Source: Flavobacterium sp.
GTDB taxonomy: Bacteria > Bacteroidota > Bacteroidia > Flavobacteriales > Flavobacteriaceae
NCBI RefSeq assembly: GCF_049590715.1
Contig: NZ_JBAWDL010000158.1
Span: 1 to 62,251 of the forward strand
Length of the DNA: 62,251 nt
Direction: 5' to 3'
Shown here: positions 17,501 to 27,542 of the stretch, piece by piece
Numbering within the stretch: position 1 is the stretch's first letter
How the letters are laid out: every line of letters starts with the position of its first letter
The notes under the pieces: generated by a model
Databases searched by the model: none
What the model saw: only the letters and a program-made list of their open reading frames with translations
Told to the model about the DNA's origin: nothing
Made by a program: the position numbers and the translations under genes

Positions 17501-19068
17501 TGGATAATGCGGGGATGACAATTCCGTATTTGAATGTAGATTATGAACTTGCTGATAAATCCATTATTGATTTGTTAGACAATCAATTTTTGTTTAGAAA
17601 TAATACTATCACAGATTCAAAATTTGATACAAAAGGAGTATTGAAAGGAAGTATTGAGCATAATAAATTTCTTGATTGGAAATTAAATCTTGATATTACT
17701 ACAAACCGATTATTGGTTTTAAATACCCCTGACAGCGAAGACGCGGCCTATTATGGAAACGCATTTATAGATGGAAACGCAAGTATTTCAGGACCTACAA
17801 ATGGTTTATTTATTAAAGTGGTTGCTAAATCTGAAAAAGGTACTGAATTAAAAATCCCTATCAATCAAGCAGAGAGTGTAGGGGAGAATAGTTTAATTCA
17901 TTTTATTAGTGCCAAAGAAAAAAGTAATATCAAAAAGGGAATTGTTGAATCTGATCGTAATTATAAAGGATTAGAATTAGAGTTTGATTTAGATATTACT
18001 CCCGATGCAGAAGTAGAGGTGATTTTGGATAGAAATTCAGGTCACGGAATGAAAGGTAAAGGATATGGCTCTTTGTTGTTTAAAATAAATACATTAGGTA
18101 AGTTTAATATGTGGGGGAATTTTCAAGCCTATGAAGGAAGTTATAATTTTAAATATGGTGGACTTATCGACAAGAAATTTGATGTTAAAAAAGGAGGTTC
18201 TATTTCTTGGGAAGGAAATCCAAAAAGGGCACAATTAAATTTAGAAGCGGTTTATAAAACGATTGCTAATCCATCGGTATTATTGGATAATTCATCCTTT
18301 AATAGAAAAGTTCCTGTGGAAGTTGTAATAGGTGTCAAGGGAGATTTATCAAGTCCAGAACCTGAATTTAATATTGATTTTCCAACGGTGAGTAATGTAT
18401 TAAAATCAGAAATACAATATAAGTTAAATGATAAAGATGTAAGACAAACCCAAGCATTATATCTATTATCATCAGGAGGTTTTTTGAGTACTGAAGGGGT
18501 CACTCAGTCTGATTTTTCAGGAAGTTTATTTGAAACGGCTTCGAGTTTGTTGGGTGATATTGTAAAGACGGATAATGACAAAATCAGAGTGGGATTAAAT
18601 TATGTTTCTGCTGATAAACGAATTGGAAAAGAAACTGATGGTAGAGTAGTAGCAACAATATCTTCAAAAATAAATGAACGTTTTACTATCAATGGAAAGG
18701 TGGGAGTGCCTTTTGGAGGAATTACGCAATCAACTGTTATAGGAGATGTTGAAGTACAATATAGAGTTAATGATGATGGAACATTAAATTTGCGAGTTTT
18801 TAATCGCGAAAACGATATTAATTACATTGGGCAAGGAATTGGTTATATGCAAGGAATTGGTGTGACTTACGAAGTTGATTTTAATACTTTTAAAGAATTG
18901 GTAAATAAGATTTTTAATAATAAGATATATGCTCCTGTGATTCAGTATACTGATCAATTTCAAGATTCTAATTTGGCACCAGAATATATAAACTTCACTA
19001 AAGAAACGGATCCTAAACCAGAGATACCACAACAGAATAGAGAAGGAATTGTTCCAGAGGAAGAATAA
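14578..19068 (+). CDS. tamB: Translocation/assembly module TamB-domain protein; probable ATC start at 14578 (ORF track uses GTG 14638)
   Basis: About 1500 aa, beta-rich with a DUF490-like C-terminus; the frame upstream of 14638 encodes IKKFLKIILRFIIGVILLLL, completing the N-terminal anchor. Confidence 0.85.
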   Translation: MKKFLKIILRFIIGVILLLLVLAIALSTSFVQTKIAQYVTQTLNKDFGVDITISKAKINVFGGVKLGEVLIRDHHKKTMIYSRIVNTNILDVKKLTEGDLLFSDIKLDGVLFNLTTYKGENDTNLDVFIKSFDDGKPSSGKHTTFIADKASIANGHFILTDENRVVPKDLDLSKLNASLEKFDLYGPNLKMIIKQLSFLDHRGLYVANLSTNFSYTKEQMKIENLDLTTKESKIKADLYMNYNLSDFSDFNNKVKFKGIIYSSLIASNDIRYFYDELGKDLFFNLGTKVEGTLNNLSLNNLKLFDTSNTRIFGAIKFKNIFGDENEYFYMDANFSKASSSYANLVTVLPNVLGKKLPIELKRIGKFNIVGTVQLTAKKLDADFGLTSDIGKLKSVLSMNTIDFIDKASYVGKIKADDLNIGVLLAQKDLGKITADLEVEGVGFTEKYLNTSVKGSVSKIHYNNYTYTNLALNGKFKLPHYKGKLTVNDPNLKMNFEGLVDLSKKDSRYDFHIDVENADFHKLNFVNETISNFKGDVVVQVDGNTIENLNGNIYIKNTSYQNAKDTYTFDDFTISSVFDAERVRTITLNSPDIVQGEIIGKFRFAELPVLVRNSLGSLYTNFKPEPVNKGQFLKFNFTIYNKVVEMFYPEIGIGTNTVLKGNIKSDSKEFKLNFNSPKIVAHENTFDNIRVAIDNKNPLYNAYLELDSIKTKYYKIRDFSLINVTVKDTLFFRSEFKGGSKGEDYFNLNLYHTINKNNENVVGISKSELKFKDYLWHLNAKDNSDNKIVFDKLLKNFVIDNMVLTHEDQEIVLNGKLLGKNNKNLKLSFKDVDLFKITPTDNKFVFNGNLNGELNFIQNNEVYKPTAALRVDQLSVNKTDLGILELNIEGDENLETFAVDSFLKNENLESFSAKGNFKIVEKDALLDLDLKLDKFNLGILSLLGGEVLSNIRGFVTGNSHVEGLVDNPKISGRLFVDNAGMTIPYLNVDYELADKSIIDLLDNQFLFRNNTITDSKFDTKGVLKGSIEHNKFLDWKLNLDITTNRLLVLNTPDSEDAAYYGNAFIDGNASISGPTNGLFIKVVAKSEKGTELKIPINQAESVGENSLIHFISAKEKSNIKKGIVESDRNYKGLELEFDLDITPDAEVEVILDRNSGHGMKGKGYGSLLFKINTLGKFNMWGNFQAYEGSYNFKYGGLIDKKFDVKKGGSISWEGNPKRAQLNLEAVYKTIANPSVLLDNSSFNRKVPVEVVIGVKGDLSSPEPEFNIDFPTVSNVLKSEIQYKLNDKDVRQTQALYLLSSGGFLSTEGVTQSDFSGSLFETASSLLGDIVKTDNDKIRVGLNYVSADKRIGKETDGRVVATISSKINERFTINGKVGVPFGGITQSTVIGDVEVQYRVNDDGTLNLRVFNRENDINYIGQGIGYMQGIGVTYEVDFNTFKELVNKIFNNKIYAPVIQYTDQFQDSNLAPEYINFTKETDPKPEIPQQNREGIVPEEE

Positions 19069-19302
19069 AAAAGGTTGTATTGTGGGTACAGTTGTAAAAA
19101 AAACGTGGTTTTATAGATTAGTGTTGATTTGTTAGTAAAAACAGATAATTTTAATTTTATGTTAATTAAATCTATTTTTTTTTGTTTTTTTGAAAACTTA
19201 TTAACGAAAACGTTTGAATTTACTGAGGTTGAGTAATTTAGCATTTTGAAAGGAGAAAAAGTGCGATATGTTTCCTAATTTTACAATTTAAAATAAATTA
19301 TA

Positions 19303-20289
19303 ATGTCAAATAAGATAAATAAAATAGGTGTTTTAACATCAGGAGGAGATTCACCAGGAATGAATGCTGCGATTCGTTCTGTAGTTAGAACTTGTGCTTA
19401 TCATAATATAGAATGCGTAGGAGTTTATAGAGGTTATCAAGGAATGATTGAAGGAGATTTTGTTCCAATGGGCCCTCGTTCAGTTAATAATATAATAAAT
19501 AAAGGAGGTACAATTTTAAAATCAGCACGTTCAGCTGAATTTAGGACTCCAGAAGGAAGAAAAAAAGCACACGAAAATCTCCTTAAAGAAGGAATTGAAG
19601 CTTTAGTAGTTATTGGTGGAGATGGAACTTTTACAGGAGGATTGTTATTCAATACGGAATACAAATTTCCAGTCATAGGAATTCCAGGTACCATAGATAA
19701 TGATATTTTTGGTACAAGCCATACTTTAGGATATGATACAGCTTTAAATACTGTTATAGACTGTATTGATAAAATTAGAGATACAGCTATTTCTCATAAC
19801 CGTTTGTTCTTTGTTGAAGTAATGGGGAGAGATGCAGGTCATATTGCATTAAACGCAGGTATTGGTGCTGGAGCTGAAGAAATTTTAATTCCTGAAGAAA
19901 ACTTAGGGTTAGATCGACTTTTAGAATCATTACAAAAAAGTAAAGCTTCAGGAAAATCGTCAAGTATTGTAGTTATTGCTGAAGGAGATAAAATTGGTAA
20001 AAATGTTTTTGAATTAAAAGATTATGTTGATGCAAATTTACCTGAATATGATGTAAGAGTATCAGTATTAGGACACATGCAAAGAGGAGGATCCCCTTCT
20101 TGCTTCGATAGAGTATTAGCAAGTAGGTTAGGTGTAAAAGCAGTAGAGTCAATATTAGAAGGTAAATCAAATTTTATGGTAGGTTTACAAAATAATAAAG
20201 TAGCTTTGACTCCTTTGGAACAAGCTATCAAAGGAAAATCTGAAATTGATTTGGAATTGTTGAGAGTTTCAGATATCATGTCAACATAA
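19303..20289 (+). CDS. pfkA: 6-phosphofructokinase
   Basis: TSGGDSPGMNA, GGDGT, TIDNDI, EVMGR, LGHMQRGG. Confidence 0.97.
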   Translation: MSNKINKIGVLTSGGDSPGMNAAIRSVVRTCAYHNIECVGVYRGYQGMIEGDFVPMGPRSVNNIINKGGTILKSARSAEFRTPEGRKKAHENLLKEGIEALVVIGGDGTFTGGLLFNTEYKFPVIGIPGTIDNDIFGTSHTLGYDTALNTVIDCIDKIRDTAISHNRLFFVEVMGRDAGHIALNAGIGAGAEEILIPEENLGLDRLLESLQKSKASGKSSSIVVIAEGDKIGKNVFELKDYVDANLPEYDVRVSVLGHMQRGGSPSCFDRVLASRLGVKAVESILEGKSNFMVGLQNNKVALTPLEQAIKGKSEIDLELLRVSDIMST

Positions 20290-20318
20290 TTAAAAAGAGA
20301 ATTAAAAAATTAAAATAA

Positions 20319-21341
<1,023 letters not shown>

Positions 21342-21358
21342 TAAATTAAATACATATA

Positions 21359-21395
21359 AAAAAAATCCCGTTATTATATTTAACGGGATTTTTTT
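21359..21395 (+). terminator. Rho-independent terminator after gap
   Basis: AAATCCCGTTA/TAACGGGATTT stem followed by a T-tract. Confidence 0.85.
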
Positions 21396-21452
21396 ATACT
21401 CTAGAATTTAATTAACTTACAAAAATAAAATAACTATAAAAACCAAAAAGAG

Positions 21453-22301
21453 ATGAGATTATTAGTAGATAGTGGTTCTACAAAAGCTGATTGGGTTGCG
21501 ATAGACGATAATGGTAAAGTATTGTTTACAACTCAAACTTTAGGATTGAACCCTGAAGTATTAGAAAAAGAGGTGATTGTAGAGCGTTTAAATGATCGTT
21601 TTGACATAGTACAAAACAAAGATAGCGCTACTCATTTGTTTTTTTATGGTGCAGGATGTGGTACTGACAAAATGAAAATGACGCTTACTACTATTTTTAA
21701 AGAATATTTTTCTAATGCTGCTATTGTGGTGGAGGAAGACACCTATGCAGCGGTTTATGCGACTACACCAAAAGATGAAAAAGCAATTGTTTGTATATTA
21801 GGTACTGGTTCTAATTGTAGCTATTTTGATGGAGATAAATTGCATCAAAAAGTACAGTCATTAGGTTATATTATAATGGATGATTGTAGTGGGAATGTTT
21901 TTGGTAAAGAATTAATTAGAAAGTATTATTTCAATAAAATGCCTAAAGAACTAGCTGTTGAATTTGAAAAAGAATATGAATTAGAACCTGATTTTATTAA
22001 AAATAAATTATATAAAGAAGCTAATCCTAATGCTTATTTGGCGACTTTTGCTAAATTTTTAATTCAAAATAAAGAAAATCCTTTTTGTCAAAAAATTATT
22101 TTTAAAGGAATGAAATCTTTTGTCAAAAATTATGTGCAACAGTTTGATAATTGTAAAGAAGTTCCTGTTCATTTTGTAGGTTCAATAGCTTTTTATTTAA
22201 AAGACGAATTGCAACTAACATTTGATAAATACGGATTACAATTAGGAAATGTATTGAGAAGACCTATAGATGGTTTGATCGCTTATCACGGTGAAAATTA
22301 A
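21453..22301 (+). CDS. BadF/BadG/BcrA/BcrD-type ATPase, putative N-acetylglucosamine kinase
   Basis: DSGSTKADW, FYGAGC, ILGTGSN, FVGSIA. Confidence 0.85.
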   Translation: MRLLVDSGSTKADWVAIDDNGKVLFTTQTLGLNPEVLEKEVIVERLNDRFDIVQNKDSATHLFFYGAGCGTDKMKMTLTTIFKEYFSNAAIVVEEDTYAAVYATTPKDEKAIVCILGTGSNCSYFDGDKLHQKVQSLGYIIMDDCSGNVFGKELIRKYYFNKMPKELAVEFEKEYELEPDFIKNKLYKEANPNAYLATFAKFLIQNKENPFCQKIIFKGMKSFVKNYVQQFDNCKEVPVHFVGSIAFYLKDELQLTFDKYGLQLGNVLRRPIDGLIAYHGEN

Positions 22302-22316
22302 TAAAATAGATATTTA

Positions 22317-22691
22317 ATGGAAATAGCAATTATTGCACATGATGGTAAAAAAGTAGATATGGTTCAGTTCTTGAATAAGAATTTGGATTTGTTACTAAAA
22401 GAAAATATTAAAATTATTGCTACTGGGACAACGGGTGGTAAAGCGGAAAAAGCGGGTTTTAAAGTCAAAAAAATGCTTTCAGGACCAATGGGAGGTGATG
22501 CTCAAATTGCAGCCAGAGTAGCCGAAGGGAAGACAAAAATGGTTTTATTTTTTAAAGATCCTTTAGCAAGTCATGCACATGAAGTAGATATTAATATGCT
22601 TCTACGTGTATGTGATGTGCACAATGTGCCTATTGCAACAAACGAAGCTTCGGCGCAACTGTTATTGAATGCTATAACATTGTTGCCATAA
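22317..22691 (+). CDS. mgsA: Methylglyoxal synthase
   Basis: IAHDGKK, ATGTTG, SGPMGGDAQI, HEVDI. Confidence 0.95.
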   Translation: MEIAIIAHDGKKVDMVQFLNKNLDLLLKENIKIIATGTTGGKAEKAGFKVKKMLSGPMGGDAQIAARVAEGKTKMVLFFKDPLASHAHEVDINMLLRVCDVHNVPIATNEASAQLLLNAITLLP

Positions 22692-22705
22692 TCAAATAGG
22701 AATAG

Positions 22706-22737
22706 AAAAACGCTAACATTTAATTAGCGTTTTTTTT
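22706..22737 (+). terminator. Rho-independent terminator after mgsA
   Basis: AAAAACGCTAA/TTAGCGTTTTT stem with T-tract. Confidence 0.8.
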
Positions 22738-22837
22738 ATCTGGTAATATGATCAAAATTTGTTTAAGGTTCTTCTCAATTGGTTATCATATAATTAAGAA
22801 GAGGTGTTTTTTGTTATAGATAACCATCAAAAGATTA

Positions 22838-24622
22838 TTACTCTATAGTCATTGCTTTCAATTTACTCCTATAAGCTTCAAGTGCCTCCGATTTAGAAAT
22901 AAAACCATAATACTTGTCGTCTTTAATAACGGGTAGAAAAGTTCTTTTCGTTTTTTCAAATTTATTCATCACGACTTCCATACTATGAAAAGGATAAATA
23001 ACATCAGCTGGTTGTGATAAGATGTCTTTAATTAAAGTATATTTTACACGGTATTTATTGAAAATAATTTCACGAATATCATTAAAATGAATTACTCCTA
23101 ATAGATGTTGTTCTTTGTCAACTACCGCAAAAACGGATTGATTAGAATGCGAAATCAAATCAATCAATTTATCTAGATTTTCATCTGGAGTAAGGGTTAG
23201 ATAATCGGTATGTATAATGGAATTTGTGTCCAATGTTGAAAGTACGTTAGTATCTTTATTACTGGTAAAAGCGTGTCCTTTTTTAGCTAATTCTTTAACA
23301 TCCATGGAATGTTTTTCAAATCGTTTTGAAATAGCAAAACTGATAGAAGCAACGATCATTAAAGGAAGCATTAAACTATAACCACCTGTTATTTCAGCAA
23401 TCAAGAATATTGCGGTAAGAGGAGCGTGAAACAATCCACTCAATATCCCAGCCATTCCCACCATCGTAAAATTACTAATAGGCAAATTAGTCAATCCTGT
23501 TAGATTAATCGCTTTCGAAAATACATAACCCACATACGATCCTACAAAAAGGGAAGGTGCAAAATTCCCTCCATTTCCACCAGATCCTAAGGTGATAGAT
23601 GTAGCAAAAACTTTCACCATCATTGTTGCTCCCACAAAAAGAAGAATAATCCATTTGTTATTTTGGTAGGAACTAAACAAGGTGTTTTCTAGTAATTCTC
23701 CAGCATTATTATCGGCTAAGGTTTTAATGCTTTCATATCCTTCACCAAAAAGCGTTGGAAAAACAAAAATAAGTACTGCTAAAAGGGAAGCTCCTAAAAG
23801 TGCCTTTTTATAAGGATTCATTCTTAGGTGTGCGAAAAAATGTTCTGTTTTTTGAAAATTACGAGTATAATAAATAGAAAGAAAACCAGTTACAATACCT
23901 AATAAAACATAAAACGGAATTTTATGGTAATCAAAAACTTGCATTTGTTTTACATTTAGTAAAATCGCTTCATCTAAGGTGATTTCAGAAACCAAAGCTC
24001 CAGTTGCCGCAGCAATCATGATAGGAGTAAAGGCAGAGATACTAACGTCGACTAATAAAAATTCGATAGCAAATAAGACTCCCGCTATGGGAGCGTTAAA
24101 TGCAGCTGCAATACCCGCTGCAACCCCACAGCCTATAAGTAAAGTTCTATCTTTGTAACTCAGTTTGTAATTTTGAGCAAAGTTGGATCCAAAAGCAGCT
24201 CCTGTTACTACAATCGGACTTTCTAATCCAGCTGAACCTCCTAAACCTACAGTTAAGGAACTTGTTATAATTTGAGCATACATTTGTTTGCTTGGAATAA
24301 TGCTCGCTTTTTTGGCTACGGAATATAAAATTTGTGACGTTCCTTTTTCTAATCTTCCACCCAATAAACGATTGATAACAAAAACGGTTAGTAAAAGTCC
24401 TGCAATAGGCAAAAGACTATTTATAAAACTAAATTTTAAGATTTTATTAATGCTTGTTGCTATATCGAAAACCTTGTGTGCAAATGATTTTAAAACAATT
24501 ACAGCAAATGCTGAACTAATACCCACTAATACACTCGAAAGGAAAATAAATTGTTTTTCGGTCAATATGGATTGAGATAAAGCAATTATACTTTCTAATT
24601 TAGAAATATATTTTTTGAACAT
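22838..24622 (-). CDS. CLC chloride channel protein with CBS domains
   Basis: GGSAGLESP, FNAPIAGVLF, GGNFAPSL; C-terminal CBS pair. Confidence 0.93.
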   Translation of the reverse strand: MFKKYISKLESIIALSQSILTEKQFIFLSSVLVGISSAFAVIVLKSFAHKVFDIATSINKILKFSFINSLLPIAGLLLTVFVINRLLGGRLEKGTSQILYSVAKKASIIPSKQMYAQIITSSLTVGLGGSAGLESPIVVTGAAFGSNFAQNYKLSYKDRTLLIGCGVAAGIAAAFNAPIAGVLFAIEFLLVDVSISAFTPIMIAAATGALVSEITLDEAILLNVKQMQVFDYHKIPFYVLLGIVTGFLSIYYTRNFQKTEHFFAHLRMNPYKKALLGASLLAVLIFVFPTLFGEGYESIKTLADNNAGELLENTLFSSYQNNKWIILLFVGATMMVKVFATSITLGSGGNGGNFAPSLFVGSYVGYVFSKAINLTGLTNLPISNFTMVGMAGILSGLFHAPLTAIFLIAEITGGYSLMLPLMIVASISFAISKRFEKHSMDVKELAKKGHAFTSNKDTNVLSTLDTNSIIHTDYLTLTPDENLDKLIDLISHSNQSVFAVVDKEQHLLGVIHFNDIREIIFNKYRVKYTLIKDILSQPADVIYPFHSMEVVMNKFEKTKRTFLPVIKDDKYYGFISKSEALEAYRSKLKAMTIE

Positions 24623-24660
24623 TTTATTTTGTTTTGTTAAAATGCAAAAATACTATTATT

Positions 24661-25335
24661 TTAAGCAATAGGTAAATTTTTGAGTGCTTCTTTTTGACTT
24701 AATGGCTTTAATTGGCTCGCTAAAACAAATTCTCTCACTGCTTCTGGGTTTGTTTTAGCATATTCTCTTAAAGCCCATCCAATAGCTTTTTGAATAAAAA
24801 ATTCAGTAGAGTTTTGATGTTCAATACATGTCTTTTTAAGTAAATCAAAATCGGTTTTTTCTTTGTAACCTAATTGAAAGAGTATAGCACTTCTGTTAAG
24901 CCATAAATTGTCTGATTTTGAAAATTCAGTAATAGTAGTTGTTGTTTTTTCTGGAAATTCTAAGAGATATGTTCCAAGAATAAATTTTGAAATAGTATCT
25001 ACGCTATCCCACCACGAATTTACAGTTATAAACTCTTTAATTAAATGAATATCTTCTTCTTTATAATTGTTTTTAAGCTCTCTTGATACTATTTCAATGG
25101 CGCAATAATGGAATTCTCTTTCTGGTTTAAAGAAAAGGATTTTAGCTATTTCTCTTGGCGTTAATTGTATTTCATTTTTATTATCCTTACAAATTTCACT
25201 TAATATTCGTCTTCTAAGTGGTGTTTTTATGCCAAAAAAGAGGAATTTATTTTTCATGTACTTAGACATGCTTTCTGTATTATCAATATTTCGATAAACT
25301 TTAAATGTGTTTTCGAGGCATAATAGAAAATTCAT
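24661..25335 (-). CDS. DNA alkylation repair protein (AlkD-like)
   Basis: MSKYMKN, SWWDSVD, FFIQKAIGWALREYAK. Confidence 0.9.
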   Translation of the reverse strand: MNFLLCLENTFKVYRNIDNTESMSKYMKNKFLFFGIKTPLRRRILSEICKDNKNEIQLTPREIAKILFFKPEREFHYCAIEIVSRELKNNYKEEDIHLIKEFITVNSWWDSVDTISKFILGTYLLEFPEKTTTTITEFSKSDNLWLNRSAILFQLGYKEKTDFDLLKKTCIEHQNSTEFFIQKAIGWALREYAKTNPEAVREFVLASQLKPLSQKEALKNLPIA

Positions 25336-25347
25336 AATTCTTAATTT

Positions 25348-25938
25348 TTAACTTTTGAAACTCATAAGTTGTTCTTTTGCATGTATTTGAATAGCTTCAA
25401 AATAAGTAGTAAATTCTTGTTCAAATTCTGTGTAATATATTTTTAATTCTTCAGATGAAAAGCGCATATTAGATTTATTTTTGGTACGAGAATCCATTTG
25501 GGTTAATATTTGATGAATTCCTTCAATAGTTTGGTAACTTAAAAGCCAGTTTTGCTGAATCATATATGGCATTAATTGAATGGTTCTTTCAGTAAGAATA
25601 CCTTTGTTCGCTTCTAATGACTTGTAAAATTTTGCAACATATTCAGATAAATCTTCATCCGAATAGGTATTCCAATTTTTAGCTAAAAAATGATCGTAAA
25701 ATACATCAACTATAACACCTGCATAATGATGATAGCGTTCATGTAATTTTTTTGTACTTTCTCTAAAAATGGGATGTGCATCTGTAAAAGTATCAATGGC
25801 TCGATGTAATTTAATTCCCTTTTGAACTTCGGTAGGAAAGGTTTCATAATGTTTTCCTCGAATGCCATCAGCCATAAAATTGCCGATTTTTATTAAGTCA
25901 TTGTCACCTGAAAGATAAATGTGTGCTAAAAAGTTCAT
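25348..25938 (-). CDS. acpH: Acyl carrier protein phosphodiesterase
   Basis: MNFLAHIYLS, GIKLHRAIDTFTD, DVFYDHFLA. Confidence 0.9.
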   Translation of the reverse strand: MNFLAHIYLSGDNDLIKIGNFMADGIRGKHYETFPTEVQKGIKLHRAIDTFTDAHPIFRESTKKLHERYHHYAGVIVDVFYDHFLAKNWNTYSDEDLSEYVAKFYKSLEANKGILTERTIQLMPYMIQQNWLLSYQTIEGIHQILTQMDSRTKNKSNMRFSSEELKIYYTEFEQEFTTYFEAIQIHAKEQLMSFKS

Positions 25939-26034
25939 TTGTCTAAAATAGGAAATCTAAATGACTTATTTTATTCTTCAATTATTATATTTGTGCAAAC
26001 TAAATCAAAATAATCAATTTTAAATAGAATAGGA

Positions 26035-27423
26035 ATGACATTAATAAAATCAATATCAGGAATTCGTGGTACTATAGGTGGTAAAGTTGGAGATAATCTT
26101 ACACCAGTTGATGCTGTAAAATTTGCTTCGGCATATGGAACTTGGTTGAAAAATTATTCAGATAAAGAGAAATTAACCGTGGTTGTAGGTCGTGATGCCC
26201 GTATTTCTGGACCAATGATTCATAATCTTGTCGTAAACACCTTAATAGGATTAGGAATTGATGTTATTGATTTAGGTTTGTCAACAACACCAACAGTTGA
26301 AATAGCTGTTCCTTTAGAAAAAGCAGATGGTGGAATCATCCTTACTGCTTCACATAATCCAAAACAATGGAATGCTTTAAAATTATTAAATGAAAAAGGG
26401 GAATTTTTAAACGGTATTGAAGGTGAAAAAATTCTTCAAATTGCCGAAGACGAAGCATTTGATTTTTCAGATGTAGATAGTTTAGGCGAAATTACCGTGA
26501 ATGATGCATATATGGATATTCACATTGATGAAGTCTTAGAATTACCATTAGTGGATGTCGATGCTGTTAGAGCAGCTAAATTTAAAGTAGTTGTGGATGG
26601 AGTAAATTCATCAGGCGGGATTATTGTTCCTAAATTATTGGAGCTGATGGGAGTGGAAGTAGTAAAGTTATATTGCGATCCAACGGGGCATTTTCCACAC
26701 AATCCTGAACCTTTAAAAGAGCATCTTGGTGATATTAGTAAGTTGGTAGTAGAAGAAAAAGCACATTTAGGAATTGTGGTAGATCCAGATGTTGATCGTT
26801 TGGCTTTTATTTGTGAAGATGGCGAAATGTTTGGAGAAGAATATACTTTGGTTGCCTGCGCTGATTACGTTTTGAGTAAAACACCAGGAAATACAGTATC
26901 AAATATGTCATCTTCCCGTGCGCTACGTGATGTTACAAATTTACACAAAGGTACCTATGAGGCAAGTGCAGTTGGAGAAGTGAATGTGGTTGATTTAATG
27001 AAAAAAAATAACGCCATCATTGGTGGCGAAGGAAATGGGGGAATTATCTACCCAGAAGCACACTACGGACGTGATAGTATGGTAGGAATTGCTTTGTTCT
27101 TAACACATTTAGCTAACAAAAAAATGACGGTTTCGGCCTTGAGAGCTTCGTATCCAGAATACTATATGAGCAAAAATAAAATTGAATTGACACCTCAAAT
27201 CGATGTAGATGCCATTTTAGTAGCTATGACTGAGAAGTATAAAAATGAAGATATTACTACAATTGATGGAGTGAAAATTGATTTTGCTGAAAATTGGGTA
27301 CACCTTAGAAAATCAAATACTGAACCTATCATTAGAATCTATACTGAAGCATCTTCCCAAGAAAAAGCGGATACTTTGGCATTAAGAATTATTGATGAAA
27401 TCAAAGCTATTGCGGGAATTTAA
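26035..27423 (+). CDS. glmM: Phosphoglucosamine mutase
   Basis: TASHNP, DPDVDR, GGEGNGG, LRKSNTEP; TATATTTG promoter element at 25986..25993. Confidence 0.9.
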   Translation: MTLIKSISGIRGTIGGKVGDNLTPVDAVKFASAYGTWLKNYSDKEKLTVVVGRDARISGPMIHNLVVNTLIGLGIDVIDLGLSTTPTVEIAVPLEKADGGIILTASHNPKQWNALKLLNEKGEFLNGIEGEKILQIAEDEAFDFSDVDSLGEITVNDAYMDIHIDEVLELPLVDVDAVRAAKFKVVVDGVNSSGGIIVPKLLELMGVEVVKLYCDPTGHFPHNPEPLKEHLGDISKLVVEEKAHLGIVVDPDVDRLAFICEDGEMFGEEYTLVACADYVLSKTPGNTVSNMSSSRALRDVTNLHKGTYEASAVGEVNVVDLMKKNNAIIGGEGNGGIIYPEAHYGRDSMVGIALFLTHLANKKMTVSALRASYPEYYMSKNKIELTPQIDVDAILVAMTEKYKNEDITTIDGVKIDFAENWVHLRKSNTEPIIRIYTEASSQEKADTLALRIIDEIKAIAGI

Positions 27424-27443
27424 ATTTTATTCCTAAAATAAAG

Positions 27444-27478
27444 AACTGTCTAGAGATTTATTTCTAGACAGTTTTTTT
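27444..27478 (+). terminator. Terminator after glmM
   Basis: AACTGTCTAGA/TCTAGACAGTT stem with T-tract. Confidence 0.8.
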
Positions 27479-27482
27479 ATGT

Positions 27483-27518
27483 AAAAAAAACAGCAATAAA
27501 CCTAAGTTGATTGCTGTT
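27483..27518 (-). terminator. Terminator after the E1 dehydrogenase gene
   Basis: AACAGCAAT/ATTGCTGTT stem preceded by an A-tract (T-tract on the minus strand). Confidence 0.65.
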
Positions 27519-27542
27519 CATAAAATGTATGTTTTTTTTAAT

